From Candidatus Poribacteria bacterium (GTDB taxonomy: Bacteria; Poribacteria; WGA-4E; WGA-3G): a stretch of DNA of 64,000 nt. The number at the start of each line of letters is the position of its first letter. Within the stretch, counting starts at the first letter, position 1. The notes under the pieces are model-generated. The model was not told the DNA's origin. It worked only from the letters and a program-made list of their open reading frames with translations, and ran no database searches. The stretch is taken from the NCBI GenBank assembly GCA_965242965.1, contig OZ251518.1, positions 5,376,001-5,440,000 of the forward strand, read 5' to 3'. Position numbers and translations under genes: made by a program. Positions 58,559 through 64,000 of this stretch are shown one piece after another.

Positions 58559-60043
58559 TTAGGTATCTGCAGCCTCTTCCTTGACGTGAATGGCTACTAG
58601 AGCGTCAATGAGCGGCTCCAGTGTTTCGTGGAGTTCTTCATACCTACCTGTCAAGTTATCCAGGCTCGTTCTGAGGAATTTGTTGTCTTTCTCAAGAACG
58701 TTTACCACGACAGAAAGACTAGCAACTTCCTTGTGGAAGGCATCGTTTTCTTCCAGAAGGGTTTCCTGCTCTGCCATCAGCGTGTTGTGCGCTTGCGTTA
58801 TGGCGATGTGTTCCGCTTTCAGCTCAACGTGTTCTTCCTGCAGCGCGGTCTGCCTCTTGGTAAGCACGGCGTGACTGTTCTCAAGCGCGGCATGTTCTGC
58901 CGTTAAGGCGGCGTGGCTGTTCTCAAGTGCGGCATGTTCTGCCGTTAAGGCAGCGTGTCCGTCCTTAAGCGCGGCGTGTTCTGTCGTTAAGGCGGCGTAT
59001 CCCTCCGTGAGTGCGGCGTGTTCCGCCGTTAAGGTGGCGTGGCTATCCTGAATCGCTGCATGTTCTGCCGTTAAGGTGGCGTGGCTATCCTGAATCGCTG
59101 CATGTTCTGCCGTTAAGGTGGCATATCTGTCCTTAATCGCGGCATGTTCTACCGTTAAGGCAGCATATCTGTCCTTGAGCTCAGCGTGTTCTGTCCTCAG
59201 CGTTTCTTGTTCCGCTTTCAACGCGCTGTATTCTGTCCACAGGGCATCATACCTTTCACGAAGTTCGCGATTTTCGTTCTGAAGGGTAGTATAGCGGCGG
59301 TCGGACGTGCTCTGCAGTTCGCGGTACCGCTGTTCGGATTCTTCCTTCAGCGTTTCGTGTGCCACCCTCAGCGTGTCATGCTCTCCTTTCAGGTTAACAT
59401 GTTCGCTTTTCAGCGTTTCGTGTGCCACCCTCAGCGTGCCATGCTCTCCTTTCAGGGTGACATACTCGTCTTCCAGCGTTTCGTGTGCCACCCTCAGCGT
59501 GTCATGTTCGCTTTTCAAGGTAACATGTTCGCCTTCCAGCGTTTCGTGTGCCACCCTCAGCGTGTCATGTTCGCTTTTCAGCGTGTCATGCTCATTTTTC
59601 AGGGTAGTATAGCGGCGGTCGGACGTGCTCTGCAGTTCGCGGTACTGATGCTCCGATTCCGCCTTGAAGGTGTCGTATGCCACCTGCAGCGTGTCATGCT
59701 CGCCTTGAAGGATAGTATGACGGCTGTCTGTCGCGCTCTGCAGTAGGCAATACCGATGCTCCGATTCCGCTTTCAAGGTGTCGTGTGCCTCCTTTAGGGT
59801 GTCATGCTCGCCTTGAAGGGTAGTATAGCGGCGGTCGGACGTGCTCTGCAGTAGGCGGTACCGATGCTCCGATTCCGCCTTAAAGGTGTCGTATGCCACC
59901 TGATCGCGATGGCGTTGCGCTTCGGACTCTTTCAGCTCCTTTGCAATCCGGTCAGTCCGTTTTTTCTGCAACCATAAGGCGACTATCCCAATGCTTACGA
60001 TACCGATATCTATAACATTAAACGACAGCCAAGTGAATTCCAT
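58559..60043 (-). CDS. Membrane-anchored long coiled-coil protein with His/Tyr-core heptad and hendecad repeats
   Basis: N-terminal TM; repeats EHDTLKS, AHETL, TAEHAAL; 21-bp DNA periodicity. Confidence 0.8.
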   Translation of the reverse strand: MEFTWLSFNVIDIGIVSIGIVALWLQKKRTDRIAKELKESEAQRHRDQVAYDTFKAESEHRYRLLQSTSDRRYTTLQGEHDTLKEAHDTLKAESEHRYCLLQSATDSRHTILQGEHDTLQVAYDTFKAESEHQYRELQSTSDRRYTTLKNEHDTLKSEHDTLRVAHETLEGEHVTLKSEHDTLRVAHETLEDEYVTLKGEHGTLRVAHETLKSEHVNLKGEHDTLRVAHETLKEESEQRYRELQSTSDRRYTTLQNENRELRERYDALWTEYSALKAEQETLRTEHAELKDRYAALTVEHAAIKDRYATLTAEHAAIQDSHATLTAEHAAIQDSHATLTAEHAALTEGYAALTTEHAALKDGHAALTAEHAALENSHAALTAEHAALENSHAVLTKRQTALQEEHVELKAEHIAITQAHNTLMAEQETLLEENDAFHKEVASLSVVVNVLEKDNKFLRTSLDNLTGRYEELHETLEPLIDALVAIHVKEEAADT

Positions 60044-60153
60044 TTTTCTTTTCGTTCCTTTGTTAGAGTGAGGCAGATCTCGTAATCCGCCGTTTTTTCA
60101 GTTTTTGCAGACATTGCGCTTGATTAAAAACGCGATTTGCGATTACTTAATAT

Positions 60154-60182
60154 ATTATATCATAACCTGCAAAAAATGTCAA
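60154..60182 (-). promoter_or_regulatory. Consensus sigma70 promoter for the coiled-coil gene
   Basis: TTGACA-17bp-TATAAT with TG extension. Confidence 0.75.
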
Positions 60183-60196
60183 AGTTAAATTTTCCC

Positions 60197-60225
60197 TTGA
60201 TAGCAAAACAGATTTCTGATATATT
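60197..60225 (+). promoter_or_regulatory. Divergent sigma70 promoter for rpiA (very short leader)
   Basis: TTGATA-17bp-TATATT with TG extension, 10 nt before the ATG at 60236. Confidence 0.5.
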
Positions 60226-60235
60226 ACTCTCCGTT

Positions 60236-60928
60236 ATGAACACCGAATACCAGAAAAAAATCGCAGCAGAAAAAGCCACAGAGGAGATTTGCCCCGGGAT
60301 GGTTGTCGGGCTAGGCACCGGTTCTACCGTCTATTACGCCCTCCTGAAAATCGGGACTTTGGTGAGAGATGGGTTGGAGATTGTCGGTATCCCTACGTCT
60401 GAAAGCACCGAGAAAATCGCTACTGCGCAAGGCATTCCGCTCTCAACACTAGCGGCGCACCCAACAATCAATCTGACGATTGATGGCGCAGACGAAGTCG
60501 ATCTTCGCTTGAACCTCATCAAAGGCGGCGGCGCGGCGTTAGTGCGGGAAAAGATTATCGCCAACGCCTCACAACGCATCCTGATCGTCGTTGATGAAAG
60601 TAAGTGCTCGCAGGTTCTCGGCACCAATTTTCCGCTTCCCGTGGAGATTGTCCAATTCGGATGGGAGGCGACACAGAGAGCCGTTAATCAGTGCTGTGGA
60701 AGTTCTACTTTGCGCGGCGGGAACAAACATCCGCTCGTCACCGATAACGGAAACTATATTCTCGATTGTGACTTCAGTCAAGTTGGCGGGATTACGGAAC
60801 CCGCGAAGGTTGAATTAGCGTTAAATAACCTACCCGGTGTGGTAGAAAACGGGATTTTCGTCAATCGCGCCGATAAAGTCATCGTCGGAACGTCTACCGG
60901 CATTCGTTATATGGAGGCAGACTTATGA
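60236..60928 (+). CDS. rpiA: Ribose-5-phosphate isomerase A
   Basis: GLGTGST, IDGADEVD..LIKGGGAAL.REKI, LPVEI, TDNGNYILD, PGVVENGIF. Confidence 0.96.
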   Translation: MNTEYQKKIAAEKATEEICPGMVVGLGTGSTVYYALLKIGTLVRDGLEIVGIPTSESTEKIATAQGIPLSTLAAHPTINLTIDGADEVDLRLNLIKGGGAALVREKIIANASQRILIVVDESKCSQVLGTNFPLPVEIVQFGWEATQRAVNQCCGSSTLRGGNKHPLVTDNGNYILDCDFSQVGGITEPAKVELALNNLPGVVENGIFVNRADKVIVGTSTGIRYMEADL

Positions 60929-61719
60929 TGCATCCAAAAAACGGCTGCTGGCTCATGCTTATCGCGTGTCTCCTGCTTCCGAACGTTGTCAACGGTGCGA
61001 TGTTTACCGAAAGCGGCTTGATGGATATTCCCACCGGCGGTGTGCTGAAACACGGGATATTCGGCGCGGGAACGTCCCTCGCTTTTGAGAATTCGCAGGG
61101 TGAGAACGCGCAGTGGACTCATGAAACCGCGCTGCGCCTCAACTTCGGGCTGTTTGATAGCGTGGAGATGGGGCTGTCACACCAAAACCGGGCAACAGGT
61201 GTGTTGGCTCATCTGAAAGCGCAACTCTTAAAAGAATCAGGGGCGATTCCGAGTGTGGCGATAGGCGTTGAGAACCTTCTGGCGGAAGAAACTGACTTTT
61301 CGCAAACCGCGCGCTCCGAATTTCTCGTCGTCAGTAAGACCTTCAATTTACCGAAGATCCACCTGATTTCCGGTCACATCGGCATCGGGCGCGGGCGTTT
61401 TGCATCCGAAGACCGGGGTATCGGCCCATTTGTCGGCCCATTTGTCGGAATAAGCACCGAATTCCATCCAGCCTTCGCAAGAGGCGATATCGCTCTCAGC
61501 CTTGAATTTGATGGCAGCGGCGTGAACGCCGGCATCCGGCATACTGCCACGAGTGGACTGCAGTTCGCGCTTGGCATTGAGGCATTGAATACTCCCGAAG
61601 AGGCACGCTACCTCGTCGCTATCTCCTGGTCCAACGCGCAAGTCATGGAGCAGATAGCGGCGGCGAAACGGTTGGCAAAACAGGCTGCACTCGTGCGCAA
61701 GTCGGCATCGAACAACTAG
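60925..61719 (+). CDS. YjbH-like exported beta-barrel protein
   Basis: Signal peptide; SGLMDIPT, K.QLLKE..PSVAIG, FLVVSK, EFDG..NAG. Confidence 0.55.
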   Translation: MMHPKNGCWLMLIACLLLPNVVNGAMFTESGLMDIPTGGVLKHGIFGAGTSLAFENSQGENAQWTHETALRLNFGLFDSVEMGLSHQNRATGVLAHLKAQLLKESGAIPSVAIGVENLLAEETDFSQTARSEFLVVSKTFNLPKIHLISGHIGIGRGRFASEDRGIGPFVGPFVGISTEFHPAFARGDIALSLEFDGSGVNAGIRHTATSGLQFALGIEALNTPEEARYLVAISWSNAQVMEQIAAAKRLAKQAALVRKSASNN

Positions 61720-62021
61720 CGGCTTCCCGCTACCACGCGAAGAATGGCATCGAAATCGTCAACGGCTGACGTTTTGTTACGTCTTTCAACGGCGCACTTC
61801 GTGCAGCGGTGGTGCAGGATGTAAGTGCCTCGTTTTTGCGTCACGGCGACAGGTTCCATCATCCCGCGGCATGTTTCACCCCGGTCGCCGGGGTTGACAT
61901 CGACGTGCCGGCTCCACAGGCATTCGGGACAGTGGTTGGTGTAGCCGTTTCCTTCAACAAACGCGCCGCAATTGCCGCAGGTGAAATTTTCGATGTGGCG
62001 TTGGAATTGTTTGTTCATCAT
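61716..62021 (-). CDS. RNHCP domain protein
   Basis: F.C.NCG..V..TNHCP.CLWSRHVD..PGDR..CRG.M.P..HRC..C. Confidence 0.85.
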   Translation of the reverse strand: MMNKQFQRHIENFTCGNCGAFVEGNGYTNHCPECLWSRHVDVNPGDRGETCRGMMEPVAVTQKRGTYILHHRCTKCAVERRNKTSAVDDFDAILRVVAGSR

Positions 62022-62031
62022 TGAGTGAGTC

Positions 62032-63908
62032 TCACAGCGTTTTGAGGCGACACTGCAACGCCAGATTCGCCGCCAGCGTATCTGTTAACGCAATATCACG
62101 GCAGATAAACACCGAATCTTTGGATAATCCCAAGCGAGCGACATCCTCTTCCGAAAGTTCTGCGTCTAAAGATAAATAAAACGTCCGCCTCTCGGCCCCG
62201 GTAGACGTGCTTTCCAAGCGTGCATCTTGCGGCGCGGTAATGCAAAAAACGGTGTTCGTTTCAAGTCCCTCTATCTTCTCAATCACGCTGTCAAGCGGAT
62301 AGCCTTCCTTGAGCGCAACTTCGTAAAGGACATCTTCCACGCGCCAACCGTCGCGAAGCAGATCTACGGTGTTCTCCAATTGCGCAATGTAACCCTGAAT
62401 ATCATCGCCGGGAAGAATATCCTCCCGACGCAAATTAGATTCGGCGAGAGTGAAGACGCTGAAGCCGTAATCGCCGCCAGCCAATGCAGGCATATTCTCG
62501 CAGACGCGCCGAAGACGCTCCTTCCCGATTTCCGCAATCGTTTCAAATCCCGCTTCACGCGCCGCCGATTTTTCGGGAGTCTGTTCCGGCAATTGCACCA
62601 TGATAAACTGCCGACTCCCGCCATCCTCTTGGTTAAGTTCCAGCACCGCCTGCGCTGTCGTGCAGGAACCCGCGAAAAAATCTAACACAATCGAATCGCG
62701 CTCGGTGCCGAATTGGAGCAGGTGCTTGATTAAGCCGACCGGTTTCGGATTGGTGAATATGCCATCTTTACGGAAGATTTCTCGCAGTTGGACCCTGCCT
62801 CGGCTATTTTTCTCCACTTTTGTCAGCAAACTGCGAGGCACTCGCATCGCTTCGTTAAGATAGAGTTTATACTCTACGCGCCACTCCCCTTTGCGATTCT
62901 GCTTAAAAACAATTCTGCCATCGCTTTTCGCTTGCAGAAAGCGAGATTCCTTTTGCTTCCACTCGTTCAAAACCTTTGTGCCATCAGGGCACTTGATTTC
63001 GTACCGCAAACTGGGCGCAGGATTATCAGGGCGCATTGCCAAGAAAACGCTAGTTTTATAGGGACCGCGGCTTGCATAGTGTTCGTCCCTCTTCGTGTAA
63101 TCCGCTTTCTCTTTTTTTGTGAGTGGCCGTCTCAGTTTGTCAATTGCGGACAAATTTTTCGCGTAAACGAGGATATACTCGTGGTCCGTCGCAAAATACC
63201 GCGCGTCATTCCCACCGCCTGCGTGCCGCTGCCACACGAGTTGTTGCAGGCAGTTCTCCTCGCCAAAGATTTCGTTCATCAAGAGGCGGAGGTTGTAAAC
63301 CTCGCGGTCATCGATGCTGACGAAGATGATGCCATCTTCCGTAAGCAATTGCCTTGCGAGAAAAAGCCGCGGATACATCATCGACAGCCACGCCGAGTGG
63401 TAACGTCCACTTGTCTCCGGGTTGCTCGTTTGCAGATTACCGGCGGCATCGATTTGCCCGGATAACTGGAGGTAGGTATCCAACGGCTTCGCGTAGTTAT
63501 CGGGATAGACGAAGTCGCTGCCGGTGTTGTAAGGCGGATCGATGTAAATCGCCTTGATTCTGCCAAAGTAAGGTTTGTAGAGGAGTTTCAGCACCTCCAA
63601 GTTATCGCCTTCAATGAAGAAGTTGCGCGTTGCGTCAAAATCGCCACACGGACGCAAAGTCGCCTCTGTCGGCATATTGAGCAACCGGATTGCATCGTGC
63701 TTGCCTGCCCACGTGAAGTGGTATCTTTCCGCCGCTTTATCGGAAGCGTTAGCGTTTACCCCCCCCCTTCAGAAATATGTAGTAATTGTTTAAGTTTTCC
63801 CAGATCTACTTCGCCTTCGGTGACGCAGTCGGGGAAGAGTTGTTTGAGTTGTCGGAATCGTTCCGTATCCGGTGCGAGTGTCGCCGTTTCGATTTTCTCA
63901 ATGGGCAT
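62032..63908 (-). CDS. mod: Type III-style Mod adenine methyltransferase, frameshifted at a G9 tract (ORF 62032..63684 in frame)
   Basis: FIEGDNLEVLK, IYIDPPYNTG, WLSMMYPRL, NPKP, LDFFAGS.TT; N-terminus LKQLFPDCVTEGEVD from ATG 63908 joins ERYHFTWAGK only with one extra G. Confidence 0.88.
63759..63767 (-). repeat. Poly-G (G9) tract in mod; candidate phase-variation switch
   Basis: GAA GGG GGG GGG TAA stops after 50 aa; G10 restores the frame. Confidence 0.75.
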
Positions 63909-63943
63909 GATAGTTCCTCGTCTTGCGCAAATCGAGATGTCTT

Positions 63944-64000
63944 CTACTGATTTGTCGTTACCGCCTCCAATTTTTCTTGGAGCCAGCGGTTCACCAATTT
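63944..64000 (-). CDS. C-terminus of a probable CopG/BrnA-like antitoxin (truncated by window)
   Basis: Reads KLVNRWLQEKLEAVTTNQ*. Confidence 0.4.
   Translation of the reverse strand, partial: KLVNRWLQEKLEAVTTNQ

Noticed and set aside
62032-64000. Complete type III R-M system
   Set aside because: No res gene adjacent within the window; neighbours are RNHCP and a probable antitoxin fragment.
1-64000. tRNA, rRNA, riboswitch or autonomous transposase
   Set aside because: None recognised by eye; an Infernal/Rfam and ISfinder scan would be needed to exclude divergent ones.

Overview
Bacterial chromosomal window, probably Candidatus Poribacteria (inferred from lamin-tail/cadherin/FN3 surface protein with a 'VS..R/KLxTxW/FGxxK' C-terminus and dense GTAG-tagged palindromes). 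Housekeeping genes (xylA, cstA, rsmI, pepP, rpiA, a peptide ABC operon, an ECF/anti-sigma pair) are interleaved with many defence-type genes and mosaic palindromic repeat clusters. Most notable: (1) a five-gene cassette inside the opp/dpp-type ABC operon, joined by stop/start overlaps at both ends. It holds two MTase-Mrr-like fusions differing mainly in the target-recognition segment and three tandem mosaic MNT-HEPN single-chain fusions with different HEPN active sites. (2) Two genes, a 2,200-aa adhesin and a type III mod, each one base out of frame at an N-terminal C8/G9 homopolymer (phase-variation switch or sequencing undercall). (3) A DUF499/DUF1156/SNF2-DUF3883 restriction-like system with an orphan MNT and no recognisable DUF3780. 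(4) A hierarchy of repeats: covarying REP-like hairpins, 59-bp doublets, ~172-bp nested palindromes and TIR-bounded composites, with some hairpins translated in-frame inside oppC. (5) A decayed defence islet at 24.7-28.7 kb. (6) A membrane-anchored His/Tyr-core coiled coil. No rRNA, tRNA, CRISPR array, transposase or integrase was recognised. All family calls are motif recognition, not database searches.
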